A DNA stretch of 60,393 nucleotides, counting the filler. It is 3 parts of 3 records of this genome, joined end to end, with 100 filler letters (N's around TTAATTAATTAA, not from the genome) between each part and the next. Parts side by side here need not be neighbours in the genome. Positions count along the whole stretch, not along the records: positions 27,987 to 51,061 come from SRR20825019_2208; 2 more parts are not named here. One strand, given 5' to 3'. Below are positions 30,143-39,155 of this stretch, piece by piece. The notes beneath the pieces are model-generated. The model did not search any database, had not been told where the DNA came from, and saw only the letters and a program-made list of their open reading frames with translations. How positions within the stretch are numbered: the stretch's first letter is position 1; each line of letters starts with the position of its first letter. Both the position numbers and the translations under genes were made by a program.

Positions 30143-31378
30143 CTATTCGGCGGCGAGCCGGGCGGCGGTTTCTTTTTCCGCGAGGCGCTGGTGGCCGTCC
30201 CGGGTCTGCGGCAATTTCCGCTCGAGAATGCGGGAGGCCACGACGGTGCGCAAGATCTGTGCGGTGCCTCCGCCGATCGTGAACATGCGCGCGTCCCGCT
30301 GCATCCGTTCCATCGGATAGTTCCGGGAATAGCCGCGCGCGCCGAACACCTGCAGGGCGTCCGTGGTCACCTTGATGGCCATTTCGGACGCCATGATCTT
30401 GGCCTGGGCCGCGAGTGTCGCGTCTGGGAACGGAGCGCTCGGGCCTTCGGCGCTGGCTGCCGCCCGGTAGATCAGGGAACGGGCCGCCTCGAGCTGCACG
30501 GACATGTCCGCCAGCATCCATTGCAGGCCCTGGAATTCGGCAATCGGGCGGCCGAACTGCTCGCGCTCGCCGGCGAAGGCAAGGGCGTGCCGGTAGGCCC
30601 CGGCGGCGATGCCCATGCCCACGGTTCCGGCGCCGACGCGCTGGGCGTTATAGGCGCTCATCAGATCGGCGAAGCCGCGCTTGAAGCCGCTTGGCGGCAG
30701 CAGGGCCATGGAGGCCGGGATTTCCAGGTCGTTGAAGATGATTTCGGTTTCCGGAATGCCGCGCAGGCCCATGGTCGGCTCGCGGGTGCCGATGACAAGT
30801 CCGTCCGCTTTATCCTTGTCGGCGAGGAAGCCGCCGATGCCGAGCTCGGTGCCGTCCTCGTCAAAGACGCGGGCGAAGATCAGGTGTAGGCGGGAGACGC
30901 CGCCGCCCGTGATCCAGTGTTTCTTGCCGTTCAGCACATAGGTATCGCCGCGCTTGTCGGCCCGGGTGGTCATCAGGGTCGCCGCACTGCCGGCATCCGG
31001 CTCGGTGATGCAGATGGCCAGCTTGTCGCCGGACAGTACATGCTCGGCGCCAAGCTTCTTCTGGGCGTCGGTCCCATAGGTCATGATCGCGGAGATCGCG
31101 CCCATATTGCCCTCGACCGTGATCCGGCCGGTGACGCCGCAGGCCGCTGCCATTTCCTCGATCACCAGCACGGTATCGAGATAGGAACGGCCGGGCCCGC
31201 CATATTCCTTCGGCACGGTCATGCCCATGAAACCGGCGTCTGTCAGCGCCTGAACATTGTCCCAGGGATATTGCTCGCTGCGGTCCACCTCGGCGGCGCG
31301 CGGGGCGATGACATCCACCGCAAGCGCGCGGGCGCGGGCCTGCAGGTCTTTCTGCTCCGGGGTCAGGTCGAAAAACAT
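30143..31378 (-). CDS. acdA: 3-sulfinopropanoyl-CoA desulfinase (acyl-CoA dehydrogenase superfamily)
   Basis: EQYPWDNV, GRIT, AICI, WITGGGVS, SAYNAQRVGAG, RDARMFTI and KLPQTRDG match the Advenella Acd desulfinase as I recall it. It lacks the usual dehydrogenase catalytic Glu (TIGGGT). Confidence 0.85.
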   Translation of the reverse strand: MFFDLTPEQKDLQARARALAVDVIAPRAAEVDRSEQYPWDNVQALTDAGFMGMTVPKEYGGPGRSYLDTVLVIEEMAAACGVTGRITVEGNMGAISAIMTYGTDAQKKLGAEHVLSGDKLAICITEPDAGSAATLMTTRADKRGDTYVLNGKKHWITGGGVSRLHLIFARVFDEDGTELGIGGFLADKDKADGLVIGTREPTMGLRGIPETEIIFNDLEIPASMALLPPSGFKRGFADLMSAYNAQRVGAGTVGMGIAAGAYRHALAFAGEREQFGRPIAEFQGLQWMLADMSVQLEAARSLIYRAAASAEGPSAPFPDATLAAQAKIMASEMAIKVTTDALQVFGARGYSRNYPMERMQRDARMFTIGGGTAQILRTVVASRILERKLPQTRDGHQRLAEKETAARLAAE

Positions 31379-31483
31379 GGCGTTTCCTCACGCAGGTGTT
31401 CTTGTTTTTCGTGGAGCGCGGATTTCACGCGCGTCTCACGGCTCCGTGAAGTGTGCGGTTGGGAATAACTTCAGGCAAGCGCA

Positions 31484-31515
31484 TATTTCTGATACTTAAA
31501 TTCAGAAATAGTGAA
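31484..31515. promoter_or_regulatory. LysR-type binding region
   Basis: Perfect TATTTCTGA-N9-TCAGAAATA, plus TTCA-N7-TGAA (T-N11-A) at 31501-31515, in the divergent promoter. Confidence 0.65.
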
Positions 31516-31524
31516 GAAAAGCCG

Positions 31525-32391
31525 ATGTCCCTGCGCCGCCTGCAGATCTTTCTCGAAGTCGCCTCACGGGGCAGTTTCGCCGCCGCCGCGGACGGTCTCG
31601 CGCTGGCCCAATCCGCCGTCAGCATGCAGATGCGGACACTGGAGCAGGAATTGGGTGCGGATCTGTTCGACCGGTCCCGCCGCCCGCCGGTGCTGAATGA
31701 CCGGGGCGCGGCTCTGATCCCGCAGGCACGGGCGATCCTGACCCAGTACGAGGATCTGAAGCAGTCGGTGCAGCCCGACGGGCATATCGCGGGCACGCTC
31801 CGGCTCGGTGTGATCCAGACCGCCAGCACCGGCATTCTTCCGGGCGCGCTGACAAGCCTGCATGAGAAATATCCGGATCTGCGGGTGCGGATTGAAAGCG
31901 GGCTTTCCGCGGGCCTGCTCGGGCGGGTCGCGCACGGGGAGCTTGATGCCGCTATCCTGACGGCGCCGGACCGGTTGCTGCCGGAGCTGAAGGAGTATCT
32001 GGTTTTCGAGGAGCCGTTATCCGTGATCGCGCCCCTGGCGCTGACCGGTGCGACGGATGCGGCGCTGCTGACCCGCCATCCCTTCATCCGTTTCAACCGG
32101 CGCACCGGAGTCGGCCGGATCATCGAGCATGGCTTGCGGGACCGTGCGCTTCAGGTGGATGAGGCGATGGAGCTGGATGCAATCGAGCCGATCATCGAGA
32201 TGGTGAGCTGCGGGCTGGGCGTCGCCGTGGTGCCTGCCTATGCGCTCGGCCCCGGAACACGGGACGCACTCAGGGTCCTGCCGTTTGGCGATCCTGTCGC
32301 GACGCGCCGGGTCATTGTCGTCGAGCGGCACGCCTCGACCCGGTCCGCGCTTACTGCCGTGCTTGTGCGGGCATTAACCGGCTTGCTTTAA
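31525..32391 (+). CDS. LysR family regulator
   Basis: SFAAAADGLALAQSAVSMQMRTLE HTH; divergent from acdA. Confidence 0.93.
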   Translation: MSLRRLQIFLEVASRGSFAAAADGLALAQSAVSMQMRTLEQELGADLFDRSRRPPVLNDRGAALIPQARAILTQYEDLKQSVQPDGHIAGTLRLGVIQTASTGILPGALTSLHEKYPDLRVRIESGLSAGLLGRVAHGELDAAILTAPDRLLPELKEYLVFEEPLSVIAPLALTGATDAALLTRHPFIRFNRRTGVGRIIEHGLRDRALQVDEAMELDAIEPIIEMVSCGLGVAVVPAYALGPGTRDALRVLPFGDPVATRRVIVVERHASTRSALTAVLVRALTGLL

Positions 32392-32407
32392 TGTAATATT
32401 ATAACAT
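32391..32407. promoter_or_regulatory. Zur-like box
   Basis: ATGTAATA-T-TATAACAT, one mismatch from the proteobacterial Zur core ATGTTATA-N-TATAACAT. Confidence 0.6.
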
Positions 32408-32433
32408 ATCATAAATCATCATTCAAAATGATA

Positions 32434-32450
32434 TTGCGAATTATTCGCAA
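32434..32450. promoter_or_regulatory. Fur/Mur-like box
   Basis: Perfect dyad TTGCGAAT-T-ATTCGCAA upstream of the porin. Confidence 0.6.
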
Positions 32451-32518
32451 ATACATGAAAATCCACCATTGCCCTCCGCAGTCGCTGCGGCGGGTGACCT
32501 TCTTCAAGGAGTGATCAA

Positions 32519-33619
32519 TTGATCCAGTCTCTCAGACGTGGCGGCTTGCCGCTTGTGTTCGCCACCGCCGCGGCAGCCTGGGCGCCGACGGCCGATGCGG
32601 CGGAAAAACTGCATCTCGGCATTGAAGGCTACATGACCCAGTATTTCGGGTATGCCGACAATGACGATACCGGCACGGCCGATACGTCCGGCTTCGACGT
32701 CAAGTCCGACACGGAACTCGGCTTTGCCGGTGATTTCACGCTGGATAACGGTCTGCAGGTCGGCGTCGAGGTCGTGCTCAACGGCAATTCCGACGATGGC
32801 GAGCAGATCAAGGACAGCTACAGCTGGGCCGAGGCAAAGTTTGGCCGGCTGGAGCTTGGCAAACGCGATAACGCCGCCGCCCAGATGCATTATGCGGCAC
32901 CGGATGTCGGTCTCGGCATCAATGACGGGGATATCGACGACTGGATCGACAATCCGACCGGCGGCGATTCCGATTCCGCTTTCAAGTCGACCTATCTGTT
33001 CCTCGGCGAGGACAAGGGCACCAAGCTGACCTATTACTCACCGCGGCTCATGGATCTGCAGCTCGGCGTGTCCTACATCCCGGAATTCGAGCGGGACAGC
33101 AACGCCCAGCCGGCAGGCGATCTCTACAAGGACGGTTTCGCCATCGGCGTGAACTATGTCCGCGATTTCGGCGAAGGCACCTCGCTTGCCCTCGCGGCCG
33201 GTTTCCTGACCGCGTCCGCACCGGATAACAGCACGGCTGACCGGGCCAAGGGGTATAGCTTCGGCTTCGAGGTCGCCCATGCCGGCTTCACGGTTGGCGG
33301 TTCCTACGCCAACACGGACGGCAATGCCGGCAGCGGAACCGATACGGCGACTTCGCTCGACGGAGAGGGCTTCGATATCGGCGTCTCATACGCCTTCGAT
33401 CCGATGACGGTCAGCCTGTCCTATTACAAGGGCGAGTTCGAGGATCAGGTCGCTGTCGCAGGCGAAAGCGAGAACGATGCGATCATGCTGTCGGCGAATT
33501 ACGAGATCGGCCCGGGCGTGGCCCTGCTCGGCAGCCTGTTCCACAGCGAGTTCAAGGACGAAACCGGCTCCAAGAACGAAGGCACGGCGGCTCTGGTCGG
33601 GATGACAATCGAGTTCTGA
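32519..33619 (+). CDS. Outer-membrane porin (alphaproteobacterial type)
   Basis: Signal peptide, LDNGLQVG, FGRLELG, KLTYYSPR, acidic loops and a C-terminal Phe. Confidence 0.9.
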   Translation: MIQSLRRGGLPLVFATAAAAWAPTADAAEKLHLGIEGYMTQYFGYADNDDTGTADTSGFDVKSDTELGFAGDFTLDNGLQVGVEVVLNGNSDDGEQIKDSYSWAEAKFGRLELGKRDNAAAQMHYAAPDVGLGINDGDIDDWIDNPTGGDSDSAFKSTYLFLGEDKGTKLTYYSPRLMDLQLGVSYIPEFERDSNAQPAGDLYKDGFAIGVNYVRDFGEGTSLALAAGFLTASAPDNSTADRAKGYSFGFEVAHAGFTVGGSYANTDGNAGSGTDTATSLDGEGFDIGVSYAFDPMTVSLSYYKGEFEDQVAVAGESENDAIMLSANYEIGPGVALLGSLFHSEFKDETGSKNEGTAALVGMTIEF

Positions 33620-33663
33620 CTGACGAATTCTGATCGGGTATCCCTTACCCGAGAGTGCGGATT

Positions 33664-33694
33664 GGCCGGGCCCTGTGCCCGGCCGGTTTGTTTT
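33664..33694 (+). terminator. Intrinsic terminator after the porin
   Basis: GGCCGGGC/GCCCGGCC stem followed by GGTTTGTTTT. Confidence 0.6.
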
Positions 33695-33846
33695 GAAGCC
33701 TGATTATGAGGGACCTCAGGGGGTACGCTTACGAATCGGTTCCATGGACTTTGAAACTGAACTTTGGCGCTGAAGCTCTTCGAACCAAGTGGCATTGCAG
33801 ATTCATAATCGATATTGTTTATTTCCGTTGCAATTCGGGGTTGTGA

Positions 33847-34347
33847 ATGAGTGTTGCAGATTTGGTCGATCAGCTTCTTGCTGCAAACAAGGAGTTAATC
33901 GGAAACCCGAGTTTTGGAGACGGAAACCGCTCGATAGAGAGGCGCCTTATTTGGCCTGTCTTAGTCTCTGGAGAAAGTACAAATTGTACGCTGTGTGTAA
34001 CCGCATATCCGGGCAGTGCTGAATTTCGGTTCACGATAACGTTAAATTTCCGGGATTTAAATATTTGGCGGCTCGATTACGAGCCTCCATATAGATCAGA
34101 GATAAACCCATTTCGCGCTGGTCATCCACGTAGTGGTGAGCGCATATGCGGGCCTCACTATCATCCTTGGCACTTAAACAGGGGTGATGCTACGCCCAAA
34201 AGCATTCCGGATCCGCTCTTGTGGAGAGCGCCACTGCCACAAAACGTGCAGAGTTGGGAGAACGCTTTCCGTTGGTTCTTGGGCGAGACTAATATAGCGC
34301 AGCCGGAACAGATTCCGGACCTGCCGAAGCGGGAGAGTTTGGTATGA
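33847..34347 (+). CDS. DUF6978-like hypothetical protein
   Basis: IWRLDY...INP...GERICGPHYH motif; lower GC than the flanks. Confidence 0.65.
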   Translation: MSVADLVDQLLAANKELIGNPSFGDGNRSIERRLIWPVLVSGESTNCTLCVTAYPGSAEFRFTITLNFRDLNIWRLDYEPPYRSEINPFRAGHPRSGERICGPHYHPWHLNRGDATPKSIPDPLLWRAPLPQNVQSWENAFRWFLGETNIAQPEQIPDLPKRESLV

Positions 34348-35105
34348 GCGGGGTAGAATTCATCGCGGATGCGCTGAAGGACTTTAGCGAGCCTCGGCGC
34401 GTATCTGAAAACTCAGTGGCGGTGCCGACACACTGTCTGTATCCATCCGGCGCCTCTGTGGTCGTTTTCGTACACGGTGGTTCAAATCGGGCTATTGTCT
34501 CGGATGATGGTGGTGCAATAGGCGAGTTGGTATCGCACAACCGGATCGTTGATGATCCGGATAGGATTCTCCGTCGTTTCTGTCGGCATTCAGGGCTTCA
34601 TGCGAAAGACGGCGCCATTCTGTCCCCGGCAGTGTCATCTGAGTGCCTAGCGTCCGCAATCTTGTATGTTGCCAACGTATCAGCTGCTGCCGCCCAATGG
34701 GGGGCGGAGAATTTGAAAGTGAAGCACAGGCGCAATATTCGTCATGAACTTCACGAGTTGCTTTCAGGATCGTTCGCGAAAGACAGAATAATGTCTGAAG
34801 AGCGCCTCCAAGGGAAAAGCAACAGGTCCTATAAATTCGATAGGGTAATTAGGCTCGATCGAGAGCATTTGCTCGTTGTGGACCCCGTGCTGCCGGATTC
34901 AAATTCGATCAACGCAAGGGCTATTGCGCATTTGGATCTCAAGCAGCGCGAAGATCACAACATTGTTCAACGGGTTGTGTATGACGATGACCTTGAGTGG
35001 GATTCGGCAGATCTGAATTTGTTGCAGATGGCCGCTACGATTGTCCCATTGTCACGAGCTGGTGCGTCTTTCACTGGTATAATGGCTACTGACAGCTCCA
35101 GATAA
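34344..35105 (+). CDS. DUF1828/DUF1829-like two-domain protein
   Basis: THCLYPSG...VSDDG in the N-domain; GKSNRSYKFD...VVYDD in the C-domain; ATGA overlap with the upstream gene. Confidence 0.7.
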   Translation: MSGVEFIADALKDFSEPRRVSENSVAVPTHCLYPSGASVVVFVHGGSNRAIVSDDGGAIGELVSHNRIVDDPDRILRRFCRHSGLHAKDGAILSPAVSSECLASAILYVANVSAAAAQWGAENLKVKHRRNIRHELHELLSGSFAKDRIMSEERLQGKSNRSYKFDRVIRLDREHLLVVDPVLPDSNSINARAIAHLDLKQREDHNIVQRVVYDDDLEWDSADLNLLQMAATIVPLSRAGASFTGIMATDSSR

Positions 35106-35199
35106 AGAGCCAGACACCGAAGAAACTTTCCGAGAAGGCAGGACGGGACGTTGAAGCGCCACGTCCTGCTTAATTGTTTAAGTAAGGTGTGCTCGTTAC

Positions 35200-36198
35200 T
35201 CAGCCCTGGCGGATGCCCTCGAAGCAGAAATTCTGTAGCTCCTCGCCCCGGGCGAACCGGTCGAGATTGGCGGCGACGAAAGCCCAGCGGCGGTTGGCCA
35301 TCTCGTTGCTCCAGGCCGAGTTGTGCGGCGACATGATGATGTTGTCGAGCTTCTGGAACGGGAATTTGGACGGCCAGGGATTGGGGTCTTTCTTCGACGG
35401 GTAGGTGTACCAGACATCGATGATGCCGCCCCGGATCTGCTTGCTCGACAGCGCCTCGTAAAGCGCGGCCTCATCCACCACGGCACCGCGTCCGACATTG
35501 CAGATCACCGCGTCGGACTTCATTTTTCCGAAGGCGGCGCCGTCGATCATGCTGCGCGTGTCGTCATTCAGCGGTGCGGTGACGATAACGAAATCGCTCT
35601 CGGCCAGCAGTGTGTCCATGTCGTCGAGAGTGCCGTACCAGTCGACCACACCCGGCTCGTCCCGCTTGGTGCGGGACAGCGCCATGACCCGCATGTCGAA
35701 GGCCTTGCACCGCTTCGCCACTTCGCGGCCGATATGGCCATAGCCGACGATGCCGACGGTGGCGCCGCGCATCTCCCGGTGCATCGGGCCCTTCGAGATG
35801 TCCCGGCCGTTGAAGGATTTTTCCTTCATCACCGGATGGGTCTCGCGCATCAGGCCGGTCTGGAATTCCAGCATGCCGGCGAGCACGTGCTCGGCGATCG
35901 TGGTTTCATGTTCGAAGGTGTTGCAGACCACCGTGCCCGCCGGGATCTTCTCCGGTCCGGTCCAGTCGTAGCCGGTAAAGGGGATCTGGAACAGCTTCAG
36001 CGGAATGCCTTCCGGCAGGTCCGGCACGCCGCCGCCGACCAGCACGTCCACCGTCGCAATCCGCTCGCGGAAGGCATCCTCGCCATCATCCTTCGACCAG
36101 GTCTCGATTTCCCAATCCGTTTCCAGGTTGTTTTTCAGCATCTCGTAGCGCGGGCTGCCTTTCGGCTGGGTCAGGAGCAGGCGATGGGTCTTCGACAC
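35200..36198 (-). CDS. D-isomer-specific 2-hydroxyacid dehydrogenase
   Basis: GIVGYGHIG, NVGRG, IIDVW and SPH motifs; GTG start at 36198. Confidence 0.92.
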   Translation of the reverse strand: MSKTHRLLLTQPKGSPRYEMLKNNLETDWEIETWSKDDGEDAFRERIATVDVLVGGGVPDLPEGIPLKLFQIPFTGYDWTGPEKIPAGTVVCNTFEHETTIAEHVLAGMLEFQTGLMRETHPVMKEKSFNGRDISKGPMHREMRGATVGIVGYGHIGREVAKRCKAFDMRVMALSRTKRDEPGVVDWYGTLDDMDTLLAESDFVIVTAPLNDDTRSMIDGAAFGKMKSDAVICNVGRGAVVDEAALYEALSSKQIRGGIIDVWYTYPSKKDPNPWPSKFPFQKLDNIIMSPHNSAWSNEMANRRWAFVAANLDRFARGEELQNFCFEGIRQG

Positions 36199-36417
36199 GG
36201 GATATCTCTTTCTCGGCACGGATAATGGAACGGCGCGGGGCCAGGTTCCGACATAGACCGGCGGCGGATGACGGGCAAGAGCCGACGGTTGCACGATTGT
36301 CGGCGAGCAGCGCGATCAATGCCGGAATGGGTATTCTGCATATCGCAATATTCGTGTGCAGGCCGGGCCGGAATGGATCACACTCTGGCGTTTTCACGTA
36401 CGCATTCAGAGGGTGAC

Positions 36418-37938
36418 ATGGCCGAGCAGGAACCGACCTCCATGACATGGCAGCAGGGCGCGCCGAAAGCCGGCGCGGCCGCATGCGGTAATGCCGACGC
36501 CAGCCGGGCGGCGCTGGACATCCTCGAGGCGGGCGGCAATGCGATCGATGCGGCGGTCGCGGCCGCCTATGTCATGGGGACGGTGGAGCCGCTTGATTCC
36601 GGCATCGGCGCCGGTGGCTTCATGATCATGCACGATGCCGCTTCCGGGAAGACAGAAGCCGTCGATTTCCTCGGCGTGGCGCCGATGACGGCGCGTTACG
36701 ACCTCTATGCCTCCATGGATACCGACAACGCTTATATCGTCCGGGTGAAAGGCCGCGAGAACGAACGCGGTCATCGCTCGGTCGCCGTTCCCGGAACGGT
36801 GCGCGGGCTCGGCGAGGCACAGGCGAAATTCGGCAAGCTGGCGATGGCCGATGTTATGGAGCCTGCGATCCGACTGGCGGAAGGCGGCTTCAAGGTCGGG
36901 CACAAGGCAGCCCTGCGCATGGCCCGGACGGAAGAGTTGCTGAACCTGACGGAAGCAACGCGCAAACTGTTGCTGAAGCCGGATGGCAGCCTCTACCGGG
37001 CCGGTGACGAGATGGCCAATCCGGAATATGGCCAGTCTCTCCGGATGATCGCGAAAGACGGGCCGGACTGTTTTTACAAAGGCGCTCTCGCGGATCAGCT
37101 GCTGGCAGAGATGGAGGCCCATGAGGGCTTTCTCAGCCGCGCCGATCTGGAAAGCTACGAGGCGATCTGGCGGGCTCCGGCGACAGCCCGTTTCAAGGGG
37201 CACGATGTTGCGACCATGCCGCCGCCTTCCTCGGGCGGGTTGGTCTTTGCCGGGCTGGCGGCGCTGGAGGGCAAGAGCGTCACGGACGGCGCGCACTACG
37301 ATCTGCTGGCGGGCGCGATGCTGGAGATGTTCCGGAAGCGGGCGGCCGGTTATGGCGACCCTGCGTTCGTGAAGGTTACCTCCGGGGAGTCGAGCGAGAC
37401 CACGAGCCTCGCCGTGATCGACCGGCAAGGCAATGCGGCCTGCATCACCTATTCAAACAACAATCATTCCGGTGTGGTTCTGCCCGGGACGGGTATCCTG
37501 CTGAACAACCAGATGATGCTGTTCAGCCCGTGGCCCGGCAATCCGAACGAGGTGGTCGGCGGCAAGCGCCCTGTCTCCAGCATGATGCCGAGCCTGATGT
37601 TCCGGGACGGCAAGGTGCGCATGGCCATCGGTGCATCGGGTTCGACCCGGATTCCGACATCGATTATGCAGGTTCTGTTCAACCGTCTGGTGCTGGGCGA
37701 CGATCTGCCGTCCGCGGTCGGCCGTGCCCGGCTGCATGCGGAAACCGAAACGCTTCTGGCGGATGCCGAGCTTGAGGAGACCGTCGCCGGCATCGCCGAA
37801 GCACGCAACCTGCAGCTCAAGCTCAGCCCGGGCCGGGACCCGATGCTGGCTTCGGTACAGGCGGTCGCGGTGAATGATGACGGCACGCTCGCCGCCGTCG
37901 GCGATCCCCGGGCGAAAGCCTCGGGGATGGTGCGCTAA
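36418..37938 (+). CDS. Gamma-glutamyltransferase family Ntn hydrolase, cytoplasmic
   Basis: GGNAIDAAVA, SGIGAGG, SVAVPG, ETTSLAVID and KRPVSSM motifs; no signal peptide. Confidence 0.9.
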   Translation: MAEQEPTSMTWQQGAPKAGAAACGNADASRAALDILEAGGNAIDAAVAAAYVMGTVEPLDSGIGAGGFMIMHDAASGKTEAVDFLGVAPMTARYDLYASMDTDNAYIVRVKGRENERGHRSVAVPGTVRGLGEAQAKFGKLAMADVMEPAIRLAEGGFKVGHKAALRMARTEELLNLTEATRKLLLKPDGSLYRAGDEMANPEYGQSLRMIAKDGPDCFYKGALADQLLAEMEAHEGFLSRADLESYEAIWRAPATARFKGHDVATMPPPSSGGLVFAGLAALEGKSVTDGAHYDLLAGAMLEMFRKRAAGYGDPAFVKVTSGESSETTSLAVIDRQGNAACITYSNNNHSGVVLPGTGILLNNQMMLFSPWPGNPNEVVGGKRPVSSMMPSLMFRDGKVRMAIGASGSTRIPTSIMQVLFNRLVLGDDLPSAVGRARLHAETETLLADAELEETVAGIAEARNLQLKLSPGRDPMLASVQAVAVNDDGTLAAVGDPRAKASGMVR

Positions 37939-37964
37939 CGGCCTTCAGGATCAGGGCGGGCGTT

Positions 37965-38168
37965 CTAGCTGCCGCTGTTATCCGCCGCGAAATCGGCCTG
38001 CATGCGTTCTTCCAGCTTCAGGAGATCTTCCGGCGGCTGCAGGCCTTCGGCGCGCATGGTGTTGAGAATACGCTGGAGCTGTTCCCAGGCCTCGCGCAGG
38101 TCGGTGGTGTCTTCCTCGACGGATTCCAGAAGCAGCTGCGTGCTCATGGTCAGATCGTCCTGTGGCAT
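37965..38168 (-). CDS. Small acidic hypothetical protein
   Basis: 67 aa, helical, AGGAG RBS, fills the gap between its neighbours. Confidence 0.65.
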   Translation of the reverse strand: MPQDDLTMSTQLLLESVEEDTTDLREAWEQLQRILNTMRAEGLQPPEDLLKLEERMQADFAADNSGS

Positions 38169-38258
38169 GGTGTGCTCCTGTTTGCCGGGTGGGACCGGAT
38201 ATCGTCAAAGTGTACTCTGGTCCGTGCATGCGGAACAGGCGAATGAAGGACAGCCCTT

Positions 38259-38789
38259 ATGACGCAAAGCAGCGGATCGGTGACCCTGATACTGGGTGGC
38301 GCCCGCTCGGGCAAGAGCCGCCATGCTGAAACTATCTGCCGCAAGACGGGCCGCGCATTGATCTATGTCGCCACGGCCGAAGCGCATGACGACGAGATGA
38401 AAGCCCGCATCGCGCAGCACCGGGCGGATCGTGCGGCGGATGGCTGGCGGACCGTCGAGGAGCCGAGGGATCTGGCGGCTGTATTGCTGCGGGAGGCGGG
38501 GCCGGACACTGTTCTGCTTGTCGACTGCCTGACGCTCTGGCTGACGAACCATCTGCTTGCGGACGCGGATATGGATGCTGAGGTCGACCGGCTTTGCGCG
38601 GCTGTCAGTGCGGCGGCGGGAGACGTGATGCTGGTCGCCAACGAGGTCGGGTTTGGTATCGTTCCGGAGAACAAGCTGGCCCGCGCCTTCCGCGATCATG
38701 CGGGGCGTCTCAATCAGCGCATCGCGGCGCTCGCGGACAGGGTAACCCTGGTTGTTGCCGGGCTTCCGGTTCAGGTAAAGGGAAGCTGA
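38259..38789 (+). CDS. cobU: Adenosylcobinamide kinase / adenosylcobinamide-phosphate guanylyltransferase
   Basis: GGARSGKS, EMKARIAQH, DCLTLW and NEVGFGIVP motifs. Confidence 0.96.
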   Translation: MTQSSGSVTLILGGARSGKSRHAETICRKTGRALIYVATAEAHDDEMKARIAQHRADRAADGWRTVEEPRDLAAVLLREAGPDTVLLVDCLTLWLTNHLLADADMDAEVDRLCAAVSAAAGDVMLVANEVGFGIVPENKLARAFRDHAGRLNQRIAALADRVTLVVAGLPVQVKGS

Positions 38790-38822
38790 CGGGGCAGGCG
38801 GCTCACTCAGACGCCTGCCGGT

Positions 38823-39056
38823 TTAGAAAAATGTCCATTCACCGGACAGCCCGCGCACGCGCAGGACCGAAACCAGATAGATAGCGGCCAAAACGGCAAT
38901 CACGGCGACTGCGGGAAGATCCAGCGTGCCGTGCGAGACAGCCTTGTGGCCCAGCCACAAAACCAGACACGGCGCGGCAATCCACGTCGTGGTTCTGACC
39001 CAGAGACGGCTTGCCTTTATGGCGTGCCGTCTGCGTGTGAAATAGCGCCGTCCCAT
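38823..39056 (-). CDS. Small membrane protein
   Basis: Basic N-terminus and two hydrophobic segments; ATG 39056. Confidence 0.5.
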   Translation of the reverse strand: MGRRYFTRRRHAIKASRLWVRTTTWIAAPCLVLWLGHKAVSHGTLDLPAVAVIAVLAAIYLVSVLRVRGLSGEWTFF

Positions 39057-39120
39057 CAGCAAACCTTTCAAACGTAAACGAAGAGACGATTTAACCAATT
39101 AAACGACATGTGTTTACGTG

Positions 39121-39149
39121 TTGTAAATTAAAATCGGAAGGCGTAGAAT
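39121..39149 (+). promoter_or_regulatory. Sigma70-type promoter of the putative sRNA
   Basis: TTGTAA-17 nt-TAGAAT. Confidence 0.6.
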
Positions 39150-39155
39150 CGTATG

